From Nitrososphaeraceae archaeon (GTDB taxonomy: Archaea; Thermoproteota; Nitrososphaeria; Nitrososphaerales; Nitrososphaeraceae): a DNA stretch of 58,277 bases. Shown piece by piece: positions 32,634 through 42,232 of the stretch (position 1 is the first letter of the stretch; every line of letters begins with the position of its first letter). Below the pieces are notes generated by a model. The model saw only the letters and a program-made list of their open reading frames with translations. It made no database searches and was not told the origin of the DNA. The translations under genes were made by a program, and so were the position numbers. The stretch is taken from positions 1-58,277 of the forward strand of contig DATFEP010000062.1 in NCBI GenBank assembly GCA_035250975.1. Direction: 5' to 3'.

Positions 32634-32796
32634 CTAGTTAGCTATATTTAAATATATAGAAAAATTTATGATTGAAAAATATATAATATAGATTTTTAAT
32701 TATCAGAATATTTGATATTTTTAACACTCACTCTAGAGAAGAAATATAGATAGAATTTCTAAAAGCTAAAAAAGAAAATATTCATATAGAATTATC

Positions 32797-33296
32797 GGCT
32801 CTTTTAATTTAAGACAATATTTATATCCTCTAACTCAAAATTACTGTTATTATCATTATCATTATTTGTTGTATCATGATACAGAGAAATAAAGAATTGA
32901 ATCTAGTTATGTACATGTAATAGATTACATACCTGTTGCATAATGGATAATAGTCATCAAAAACTCGATTTTATCCTTAAAATACAGGTTACCTCTTTAC
33001 ATCAAAACCTTCTCTATCGGATGATCTAGATGGTGTTTCAATCTAATTACACTACATGCTTCATCATCCCAAATGCCCTCATCAGTGTAAACTGTATGTT
33101 TTCTATACCTTGACACAAATGTTCTAATGAATTTTTCAGGAACTATCATTCTTTGTCCTGTGAAATACAGATTTCAAGGACAGAACTATTGTCTCATAAT
33201 AAATCATAACTAGGTTTTATTCTTTCAAATATTATTTTTATATGATAAATAGAATATTCTTAGGTATAGGTTTTATTACTTAAACTCACAGAGACC
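32797..33296 (-). mobile_element. Degenerate, internally deleted IS6-family element
   Basis: Minus-strand translation of about 33149-32870: EKFIRTFVSRYRKHTVYTDEGIWDDEACSVIRLKHHL...*RGNLYFKDKIE / FDDYYP / CNLLHVHN; imperfect ends GGCTCTTTTAATTTAAG (32797) and GGTCTCTGTGAGTTTAAG (33296, minus strand). Confidence 0.7.
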
Positions 33297-33351
33297 ATCA
33301 TTATGTACTAGCTAAAAAGGAATATGATTGATGTTTGATTAATTAAACGAG

Positions 33352-34113
33352 CTAACAATAAAATCCTTTTTTGATGTCACAAAGCATGTCTTTTACATCC
33401 ATATCTACATAACTAGGATCTCTTTTTAAATCCAAATCTTTTTTCATTTCTCTAAGCTTGGTAATATACTTCTTATCATCATCTGATAAGAATCCTTGTG
33501 ATTCCTCCAAAAGCGTTATTGCTCTTTTAATAAATTGTTGGCCATCTTGATATTCTAATAAATTAATAATTTGTCCATTAAACATTGCTTCATTAAATTC
33601 TTCAGACGCTATAGTAATTAATTCTGCAGTAACATTGAGTATGTATTCTCGATTATGATTTCTTTTTTCTAGAGGTATCGATTGATCTAGTGCATCATTA
33701 AGCAATTTCTCTAATTCTGTTTTCTCTACAGTAATTTTAGAGAGATTATCAGATCGTACAGTTTGAACATACTGACTTAACTTGCTTGAAAACTCTCTTG
33801 TTAACGTTTCATTAGTTTGAATTAGTCTATTATTTATTATATCTACAATTTCTTCAATAGGATGTAATGCATGAGCAACAGCTAAAACACTATTATTACT
33901 TTGAACATTTACAATTGAAGCGTCCAAATGTCCGTTCATTTGTTCCAGATAGCCGTGGAGTTCATGATCGCTTACTTTAGATTGTTGTGCTTCTACATAA
34001 AATAAATTGTTACCTGAAAACAATGAAAAAAAAACAGTGAAATATATTGAGATTGCAAATATTATTGTTAAAATAAAATTCGAGTTCATATTACTTATAT
34101 TCCAAATAAACAA
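33352..34113 (-). CDS. Secreted helical protein resembling the N-terminal extracellular domain of the adjacent FTR1
   Basis: Signal peptide; HGYLEQMNGHL, AHALHPIEE, LEYQDG. Confidence 0.78.
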   Translation of the reverse strand: MFIWNISNMNSNFILTIIFAISIYFTVFFSLFSGNNLFYVEAQQSKVSDHELHGYLEQMNGHLDASIVNVQSNNSVLAVAHALHPIEEIVDIINNRLIQTNETLTREFSSKLSQYVQTVRSDNLSKITVEKTELEKLLNDALDQSIPLEKRNHNREYILNVTAELITIASEEFNEAMFNGQIINLLEYQDGQQFIKRAITLLEESQGFLSDDDKKYITKLREMKKDLDLKRDPSYVDMDVKDMLCDIKKGFYC

Positions 34114-34945
34114 TATCTATTTTAGTCTATGGATTTTTCTAATAAATGAAAAGCAAGGAAATCAATGTCGACTGCAAAACTAACATTTTAAATATTCCTT
34201 GATATTGTATACTGCCCAACTATTTTCAAGGACATTGTATTTTGCCTGGGTTTACAATAATCCAGATCATAAACTAGATTTTCAGATTTTTTTGATTCTT
34301 TTTCTTTGCAATCTAAATTAACATCATAAAAAGTAGCTCGCAAATTTTTATCGTGAAATTCAATATTTAAAAATTCTACAATAGCAGAATGCTGTTTGAC
34401 AACATGGTCTGGTGAATCAGGATATTCTGTATGATTTTTCACATTTCGGACTATCGATCCAGAGATGGTCTAACATCAGAAGAGTATGAATGGTCCTGTA
34501 AAAAGTTACTCCGAGCTGTGGTTTGAAAAATAGGAGATTACTAGAAATTTATTTATCTACAAAACAAAGTAATCACTCAGAACGCTCGTCAGAATAAATG
34601 CTATAAATACAAGTGAAAAATTACAAATAGCATATGATAATATTTGTTTTTAACACCTTTATTAATTTCTGTTACGAAAGAAAAAACTCTCATTGTATCG
34701 ATATATCGGTCCATAACATTCCAAGGCTTGAAATGATATAAAATTTATTTATTTTGGCTTGTTGTAAGGTTTTAACTCATTTTTCAATTACTAATTAACT
34801 TAGAAAACAGCTGACGATCGAGGTAAGAGATTTTGTCTCTCTTCGTATATCAAATTTTAAGGAAAAAAATCGAAGTATTTTTATTTATATCTCAAATATG
34901 AACATTTATTCTAAATCTGGTAATACTAATTCAATAAAAATAAAA

Positions 34946-35353
34946 TTACTGTTTAAATAACTTTTCTGCAATTTCTAAGTTAGATTTTATATTATTATAT
35001 ATTATAGTAATTTCGTCGAGGGGCTTTTTGTCCTCAATAGAACTTGCAAAATCTTCTCTTATCATTACCTCTGTTTCTTCCATTAGATCTTTATCGAGAT
35101 CTTTTAGCGGATCTTCAATATATTCATAATTGTCGATATATGCAATATCGGTTAGTTCAGATGCACCTGTATAATTTCCTGCATTTAATTCTGTTATAGC
35201 CTTATCTAGCAAATTTCTGATATTGGATAAAATAGTTAAGGAATTATTCTTTTCATTTTCTTCTTGCGCCTTGATATTGTATAAGGGGAATAATAAAACT
35301 ACTATTAAAATTCCTGAACTAAGAGTATAGAAATTTTCCTTTGAATTTATCAT
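34946..35353 (-). CDS. Secreted protein homologous to the FTR1 AYLDxYE module
   Basis: AYIDNYEYIEDPLKDLDKDLMEETEVMIRE versus FTR1 AYLDNYEYLEVPIEQNDPELMLEIELNMRE. Confidence 0.82.
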   Translation of the reverse strand: MINSKENFYTLSSGILIVVLLFPLYNIKAQEENEKNNSLTILSNIRNLLDKAITELNAGNYTGASELTDIAYIDNYEYIEDPLKDLDKDLMEETEVMIREDFASSIEDKKPLDEITIIYNNIKSNLEIAEKLFKQ

Positions 35354-35466
35354 TGCTGTTTTTGAAAGGGAAATTTAATTATATAAATTATTATTCGTTT
35401 CTCAATCTTAATAATATTTGTATATCCATCTACTAATCAAGGTAACTGGATAAAATTTATGTATAG

Positions 35467-35800
35467 TCAAGTGTAATCATTAAAGTCATTATAGCATTTT
35501 CCAATCCTCTTATGCACATATCCTGATACTGCAACTTTTTGTTTTTCTATATTGGTATACAATCCGTTTGCACGTACATGTAATTTTATCTTCTGATTTA
35601 CTTGTCTATCATTTGGATTCAGGTATTGAGCTTTCTTTGGAAGGCATAATACAGTCAATCTGTATTTCTATGCATTCACATATTCTTATGTCATGTTGGT
35701 TATATGAAATGAACAGGTATCCCATACTAGTAAAGGCTTTTCAAAGCATTTTTCATTACATAGATCTTGATTATCTATATCAGCAAATGAAATTGTAGTG
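35467..35800 (-). pseudogene. IS630-family transposase relic (C-terminal DDE part)
   Basis: Minus strand: LLVWDTCSFHIT..*..*KYRLTVLCLPKKAQYLNPNDRQVNQKIK...ANGLYTNIE; matches the IS630 D-N-A-x-x-H and LPxYSPxLNPxE motifs. Confidence 0.7.
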
Positions 35801-36029
35801 TATGTATGCAATTACAATAACTAATTATCAAAAGATTTTGCTTTCTCTTTGAAATAGCCTAAAAAAAGTACAGAGTACAATACAATAAAGGTAGATGTTC
35901 TAATTCTGATAAATTTAATCTTTGATAGAATATCGCATTCAAAATGAAATCTATCTTATTAAATAATCAGATCTAAAAAGCGATTATCCAAAAAAAAAAT
36001 AATATTGTAGAAACCTGTTAATAACAAAG

Positions 36030-36860
36030 ATGAAGTCGAAAATTATTGTTGCAATTGTTCAAATGAAATCATCGACGGATAAAAATGAAAATTTGGAAAC
36101 CTCTGTTAGATTTATCGAAGAAGCGGCAAGAAAAAATGCTGATTATATTTTCTTCCCAGAATTTCAAATGGCATTTACTCCTAGTAATCAAAATTTAGAT
36201 GAATTGTATTCAGTGGCTGAATCGATTTCTAATAGTAATTTTTTAAAGAAGCTTCGTCAAGAGTCAAAAAGATACAATATTGGAATAGTCGGTACGATGT
36301 TTGAAAAAAATAAAAACAAGACAGAGAAAAGGGTTTTTGATACTGCATTTGTAATAAATAAAAATGGAAAAGTAATCTCAATATACAGAAAATTACATCT
36401 ATATGACGCTTTTGGGTTTAAAGAATCTACTAAATTTATTAACGGTGACAAAATTACGAAACCCTGTAAAACCATTTTTGGAAAAATGGGAGTAATGATA
36501 TGCTATGACTTAAGATTTCCAGAACTAGCAAGAATACTGGCATTAGAAGGATCAGATATCATGGCAATTCCTTCTGGATGGGTAAATGGTGTTATGAAAG
36601 AGGAACATTGGATTACTATGCTTAAAGCGCGTGCTATAGAAAATGCTAACTATATTATTGCAGCAAATCAGGTTGGAAATATTTTTTGTGGAAGAAGTAT
36701 GGTAGTAGATCCATTAGGTTTTGTATTGACAGACTTGGGAGATAAAATTGGATTAGAGGTAGTAGAAATCAACAAACAAAGAATAAATCAAGTCAGAGAT
36801 ATTTTGCCATTATTAAGAAATAGGAGAGAAGATGTTTACATGATCAGCCAATCTGATTAG
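36030..36860 (+). CDS. Carbon-nitrogen hydrolase (Nit1/YbeM-like amidase)
   Basis: FFPE, YRKLHLYD, ICYDLRFPE (E-K-C triad), ARAIEN. Confidence 0.92.
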   Translation: MKSKIIVAIVQMKSSTDKNENLETSVRFIEEAARKNADYIFFPEFQMAFTPSNQNLDELYSVAESISNSNFLKKLRQESKRYNIGIVGTMFEKNKNKTEKRVFDTAFVINKNGKVISIYRKLHLYDAFGFKESTKFINGDKITKPCKTIFGKMGVMICYDLRFPELARILALEGSDIMAIPSGWVNGVMKEEHWITMLKARAIENANYIIAANQVGNIFCGRSMVVDPLGFVLTDLGDKIGLEVVEINKQRINQVRDILPLLRNRREDVYMISQSD

Positions 36861-39003
36861 ATACCTGTTTCTTTTTATTTGGACAATTAATATTTATGCA
36901 AAGAGATTTTGTTAATCTAAGAGTGTAATAAAAAATACGGATAACTGGCCAATTACAATACGAACAAGATTTAGTAGTAGATTTAATTATACCTTTTTGA
37001 GGTAGAGGTAAAGTTATACTACATCCTTCATTAAAATAATTGGAACATGATATGAATCTTTTTCTAGTTTTTCTTGATCTTATTATTTGCAGATTTCCTT
37101 TTCGACAAAGAGGACATGGTCCTACTACGATATTATTTCTTTTATTTTTATAATAGTTTTCAGTTTGATTTTTTAACATATTGATGGTAGAAGAGTCTAT
37201 TTCTAAATCATTTTTTTTATAATTATGAATAGATAGTAAAATATCGTTTATGACATCATCTAAAATGTTCGAATAGTTTCTAACTCCCAGCTCAATCTCT
37301 TGTAAATATTTTTCTAGCATTCTCGTTAGCTCAGTTGAAAGTATCCTTGGAGATTTTTTTTGTAAATAGTCAATTAATATCATTCCAAGTTTGGTAGGAA
37401 AAAGGATATTTTTTTTTACTTCGATGTAATTTCTCTTGATGAGTGAATCTATTATATTAGCTCTTGTAGATTTAGTTCCGATTTCTTCCTTTTCCATTTT
37501 GGACAATAAAGAAGAATAATTGAAACGCTTAGGAGGTTCGCTAAATTTTTCTTCCTTTATTATTTTGATATTTTTCAATTTATCTCCAACTTTTAATTTA
37601 GGTAAATGATTAGAATGTTTAGACATTTTGTTATAAGGAACATAAAAATCAATCCAACCTTCTTTGGAAACAACGTAATCAGTTATATAGAATACATGTT
37701 TTTTACTGATAGTTACATAAATTGTAGTTTTTGAATGAATTGTTGATTCACCAAATGTTGAGAAATATCTTTTAACAATAAGATCATAAACCTTAAATTC
37801 TTGAGATGTTAAGCGTGAGGGCTTTCTGCCAGTGGGATGAATTGCAGGATGTGCTGGATCGCTCTTGTTACCATTGTTTGGGTATAATTTCTTTTGTGAT
37901 AGTAATTTATAGACAATGATTTCGTATTCGTCAGATATCTTAGCAAGATCCTTTAATATCCTTTTATTGTTGATAGAAGTCGGAAGAGTTTGACTATTAG
38001 TACGAGGATAGGATATAAGTGCTTGCAAGTACAATTTCTCGGCTATGAAAAGAGTATAGTTAGGAGAAAATCGAAATAATCTAAAGGATTCCTTTTGTAA
38101 ATCTCCTAGGTTAAATGGGTAAGGGGCCTGTAGATGTTCATTTGTTTGTGAAATCTCACTTACTAACCCATCAATATTTTGGCAATCTTTTAATACAATT
38201 TCTGCTTCATCAATACTGCTTATTCTTGGTTTAATATAAGATAATAATAGAGATTGATTGTCTTTCTCAAACTGTATTTTTATACTCCAATAAGGTAAAG
38301 GAATATGACAGTTGATCTCGTATTCCCTATCAATTACAAATTTAAGAGTTGGACTCTGAACTCTCCCAACTGTTAGGTTCGTTTTAATTTCCTTAAAATT
38401 GATGGAACTCATTAACGACCTAGAAAAATTGATACCATAAATAAAATCTAGCATATGTCTGAACATTCCTGCATATGCCATGCCCGTGTTGGGTTTTTCC
38501 AAATTATTAAATGAGTCTATAATATCTTCATCAGTTAAAGTGGAAAATTTTGCTCTCAGACAGTGATGATACTTGTTATTACAGGCAAGTTGTAAAATGT
38601 TGTATCCTATTAATTCACCTTCCTGATCATAATCACATGCATGAATAATTCTATCAGCGTTCTCTGACAATCTTTTTATCAAATCTATTAGCTTTTTATA
38701 TTGTTGATTTTTTTGATTTCCGGTTAGTGGAACCCAAGTTAAATCAAAAACTGGAAAAAGTTTCCTGTCTTTGTAAAAATCATTTAACGTATACAGATGA
38801 CCTTTTGATGAAATAACTACGTAATTTGAGCTATTATAGCTTATTTCATATATCCTGCTATTATTAATCCTAATTTGGTTAACTGTTTTTGATCCTAAAA
38901 CATGAGATATTCTATTTGCTACACCAGGTTTTTCACAGATAATCAAGGAATATTTTTTTTTATCTATCGCTAAATTTGAAAAGTTATCTTTATACTCTTT
39001 CAT
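36844..39003 (-). CDS. topA: Type IA DNA topoisomerase with C-terminal zinc ribbons
   Basis: ICEKP, ACDYDQEGELIG, GRVQSPTL, LISYPRT, AHPAIHPT, IGTKSTR, CPLC/CSYC. Confidence 0.93.
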   Translation of the reverse strand: MKEYKDNFSNLAIDKKKYSLIICEKPGVANRISHVLGSKTVNQIRINNSRIYEISYNSSNYVVISSKGHLYTLNDFYKDRKLFPVFDLTWVPLTGNQKNQQYKKLIDLIKRLSENADRIIHACDYDQEGELIGYNILQLACNNKYHHCLRAKFSTLTDEDIIDSFNNLEKPNTGMAYAGMFRHMLDFIYGINFSRSLMSSINFKEIKTNLTVGRVQSPTLKFVIDREYEINCHIPLPYWSIKIQFEKDNQSLLLSYIKPRISSIDEAEIVLKDCQNIDGLVSEISQTNEHLQAPYPFNLGDLQKESFRLFRFSPNYTLFIAEKLYLQALISYPRTNSQTLPTSINNKRILKDLAKISDEYEIIVYKLLSQKKLYPNNGNKSDPAHPAIHPTGRKPSRLTSQEFKVYDLIVKRYFSTFGESTIHSKTTIYVTISKKHVFYITDYVVSKEGWIDFYVPYNKMSKHSNHLPKLKVGDKLKNIKIIKEEKFSEPPKRFNYSSLLSKMEKEEIGTKSTRANIIDSLIKRNYIEVKKNILFPTKLGMILIDYLQKKSPRILSTELTRMLEKYLQEIELGVRNYSNILDDVINDILLSIHNYKKNDLEIDSSTINMLKNQTENYYKNKRNNIVVGPCPLCRKGNLQIIRSRKTRKRFISCSNYFNEGCSITLPLPQKGIIKSTTKSCSYCNWPVIRIFYYTLRLTKSLCININCPNKKKQVSNQIG

Positions 39004-39139
39004 TCATAAAGATATTTAATATTATTTACAATAAAAAAATTACCCTTTTATTATTAAATATATTTAGAAGCAAAGTATCACGGTATTATAAAAATATGAA
39101 ATATTATCAGAAAAGATATAAACAATTAATAATTCAAAT

Positions 39140-40279
39140 TTGATTATGCGTATAACTGTTTCGGCAATAAAAGCAGACATTGGGGCCATAGGGGGTCATA
39201 CTCGTCCAAGCGATGAATTACTTGATATTGTTAAAAAATTTGTTGACAAAAGGGCTAAGGACCTTCTAATTGATCATTACATCGGATATACTGGAGACGA
39301 TATTCACATCATAATGACACACAAACTTGGGAAAGATAATGAAAAAATTCACAAGTTAGCATGGGATGCATTTACAGAAGGCACAAAACTAGCAAAAAAA
39401 CAGGGCTTATATGGAGCGGGACAAGATTTGCTAAAAGATTCTTTTTCTGGGAATGTCAAAGGAATGGGTCCAGGTGTAGCTGAAATAGAGATGGAAGAAA
39501 GACCAAGTGAAGTGTTCAGTGTTTTTGCAGCTGATAAGACAGAACCAGGTGCTTTTAATTTTCCATTTTGGAGAGTTTTTGTTGATGCAGGAAGTAATAC
39601 TGGTTTGTTAATCAATGAAAAATTAGCGGCTGGCGTAACTTTCAGGATAATGGATGTAATGACTGGCAAGATAGCTAATTTAAAACTATGGAATGATAAA
39701 CCAGAGTTAGAAGCCGCACTAATGTATCCTGGGCGATATGTAATTCATTCAGTTTATTCAGCAGATAATGAACATATTTTATCTGCTTCCACAGATAGGT
39801 TGCACAATATTGCAGGTACTTATGTGGGAAAAGATGATCCGATCGCTATAATGAGGACACAAAAGAATTTTCCTGCAACAGAAGAGGCAGGAAGTGCATT
39901 TAATAATCCTCATTATGTGTCTGGAAATACGCGAGGTAGTCATCATATGCCATTGATGCCTGTAAAACTCAACTCAGCTGCAACTTTAAATTATTCTATT
40001 CCAATAGTATCATGCCTTGTCTTTAGTATGCATGATGGAAAACTGACAGGACCTCATGATGGATTTGGCACTGTTGATTGGGATCTTCAGAGAATGTGGG
40101 CATCAGAGAGAGCTATGATTATGAGAAACCAAGGATTTATTCATCCCGCCACATTAGTTCCAGAAGAATTGGAGTACAATAAAGGCTATGAAGCAAGATT
40201 GGCTAAATTAAATGAAAAATTTGAGCCAGAGAGTAAATCTAAAAATAGTACAGATAAGAAAAAAAGGGTAAAAGATTAA
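39140..40279 (+). CDS. fbp: Fructose-1,6-bisphosphate aldolase/phosphatase (class V)
   Basis: IKADIG, GDD, LYGAGQDLLKDSFSGNVKGMGPG, DKTEPGAFN, YVGKDDP. Confidence 0.95.
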   Translation: MIMRITVSAIKADIGAIGGHTRPSDELLDIVKKFVDKRAKDLLIDHYIGYTGDDIHIIMTHKLGKDNEKIHKLAWDAFTEGTKLAKKQGLYGAGQDLLKDSFSGNVKGMGPGVAEIEMEERPSEVFSVFAADKTEPGAFNFPFWRVFVDAGSNTGLLINEKLAAGVTFRIMDVMTGKIANLKLWNDKPELEAALMYPGRYVIHSVYSADNEHILSASTDRLHNIAGTYVGKDDPIAIMRTQKNFPATEEAGSAFNNPHYVSGNTRGSHHMPLMPVKLNSAATLNYSIPIVSCLVFSMHDGKLTGPHDGFGTVDWDLQRMWASERAMIMRNQGFIHPATLVPEELEYNKGYEARLAKLNEKFEPESKSKNSTDKKKRVKD

Positions 40280-40312
40280 ATCTGCAAATATTTTCCAGAA
40301 TAGATCGTTAAT

Positions 40313-40978
40313 TTGAAAGGATCTATTATTCTTAATTTTAAGAATTATATGGAGATTTCTGGTGAAAAAACATTAGAATTAGCTAAAATAGCAGAGACAA
40401 TATCAAGAAGATTTAAAGTTGAAATAATATTGGCTCCTCCGCAAGCATCGTTGTTCTGTATAACGAAATCTGTTAAGCTTCAGGTCATAAGCCAACATAT
40501 TGATAACGAGAAAGTAGGCTCAACTACAGGATTTTTTATTCCCGAATTAGCAAAGTCTTATGGAGTTGTTGGATCTTTGATCAATCATAGCGAACACAGA
40601 TTGGATCATAAAATCATCAAGCAACTAGTCAATAGATTAAGAAAGCTGGATATGCTTTCTATCGTCTGTGCTTCGGATGCAACTGAGGTTGGTATGTTAT
40701 CCAAATTTAATCCAGATATGATCGCAATTGAACCTCCAGAACTGATCGGTACTGGACGAGCAGTGAGTAAAGTTAATCCGGCTATTATTAGAGATTCTGT
40801 AACAGAAGCCAAGAAATATTCAGAATCAAAAGTTATCTGCGGTGCGGGTATTGTAGACAAGAGTGATGTTATCAGTGCTATTGAATTAGGATCACAAGGA
40901 ATTCTAATAGCAAGTGGTGTAATAAAGGCACAATCGTGGAAAGAAAAATTATCAGAACTTGTTCAAGCATTCACATAA
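40313..40978 (+). CDS. tpiA: Triosephosphate isomerase (archaeal type)
   Basis: NFKNY, NHSEHR, AIEPPELIGTG, CGAGI. Confidence 0.95.
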   Translation: MKGSIILNFKNYMEISGEKTLELAKIAETISRRFKVEIILAPPQASLFCITKSVKLQVISQHIDNEKVGSTTGFFIPELAKSYGVVGSLINHSEHRLDHKIIKQLVNRLRKLDMLSIVCASDATEVGMLSKFNPDMIAIEPPELIGTGRAVSKVNPAIIRDSVTEAKKYSESKVICGAGIVDKSDVISAIELGSQGILIASGVIKAQSWKEKLSELVQAFT

Positions 40979-41029
40979 AGGGGATGAAAATAAAAAATTA
41001 TTACTAAATAGATTGATAAATAGATTGGT

Positions 41030-41335
41030 TTAGGTCCCGACTCTTTTCATCTTTGAGCCACATCTAGGACATGATAACTGATTGTGTTTTACCCCGCAAT
41101 TCATACAGTAATAACTTACTGAATTATTTCCAAACATTGTAGCACCTGACATTCCTAGCTTTCTCATTGTTCTCTGTCTCATGTAGAAACTCAATAAAAT
41201 GAAAACACCGATTATTATTGGCAATGAATAAGGAAACGGCACAATAATAGATATTGCCAGACTTATTGCTAATGATATACCTATCCAAAGAAATTGATTT
41301 ATGAGAAAACTTTTATTATTAAAATCACTCATCAA
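41030..41335 (-). CDS. Small membrane protein with C-terminal zinc ribbon
   Basis: 2 TM helices then YYCMNCG...CPRCGS. Confidence 0.8.
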   Translation of the reverse strand: MMSDFNNKSFLINQFLWIGISLAISLAISIIVPFPYSLPIIIGVFILLSFYMRQRTMRKLGMSGATMFGNNSVSYYCMNCGVKHNQLSCPRCGSKMKRVGT

Positions 41336-41820
41336 TTTACTTATATCATTCTGGTATTTATAAATTATTTTAATACTAGAATATTTTCACTAAAAGATGT
41401 GAACGAGCACTTTACATCACATTTAAATATTCCTAGATTTAACTTAAAAATACATCGACCAAACCGAAGGGGAACATTACCCAGACTCAGGATATTGAGC
41501 AGATATCCTGGGTCATTCTTTAAAAAATAATTGAAATCAGTAACGTTTTTAGTCTATACAAATCTATTGTACGAATTCTTCACATGTGATTACGAGGATG
41601 AAATAATAATTATCCATTATATAAAAATAAAAATATTCATTTATCAACTTTGCTTAGATATAAAGATAAAATGCAAAAATTTTTAAAAAAATGTTACTTT
41701 TTATAGCGTCAGATAGAAAAATTATAATTTTTTATTTTTATTAAAGTAAAGGTCGAATTTATTACTATTAATAAAACATAACTTTAAAAAAAGGTATTTT
41801 CTTTATTAACTGATATTAGA

Positions 41821-42186
41821 TTGTCGGAGAAAAAAGCAAATGCAAAAAAAGAAGGAGCTACTAGCCCTACAAGAAAAAGAATTGAGGCTTTCATTCGAGA
41901 AGAGAAGGTTCATGATGTTCTATTGGCTTTAAATAAGATTGGTCAGCCCGCTACATTTCATGATTCAAAAGGAATAGGAAAAGGAGAAAAATATCAAATC
42001 AGATATGGTCGACATGGTGATATTACTACAATGGCTTACTCTAATAGACGTACAGTCGAAACTGTCGTGGATGAAGATAACGTAGATGAAGTAGTTTCAC
42101 TTATAAAAGGAGCTGCCCAGATAAGTAAATCCGGAGCTGGTGGAATAATAGTAGTATCTCCAGTAGATGATGTTATAACGATTTAA
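41821..42186 (+). CDS. P-II family signal transduction protein (divergent)
   Basis: KRIEAFIREEKV..V..AL, KGIGKG, ETVVDEDNVDEVV..IK.AA, GIIVVSPVDDV. Confidence 0.8.
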   Translation: MSEKKANAKKEGATSPTRKRIEAFIREEKVHDVLLALNKIGQPATFHDSKGIGKGEKYQIRYGRHGDITTMAYSNRRTVETVVDEDNVDEVVSLIKGAAQISKSGAGGIIVVSPVDDVITI

Positions 42187-42232
42187 TTTCCATAAAATTT
42201 CATATTTTTTTAAAGTTTAAATGCGTTTATTA

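Noticed and set aside
34188-34442. 84-aa ORF, possibly a C-terminal relic of a metallophosphoesterase
   Set aside because: Only vague resemblance (VVKQ...FLNIE...ATFY) with no catalytic motifs; not supportable without a search
41460-41500. Minus-strand CCTGAGTCTGGGTAATG resembling part of a TPP riboswitch
   Set aside because: Lacks the P2/P3 CUGAGA element and the closing P4/P1 pairing, and no thiamine gene is adjacent
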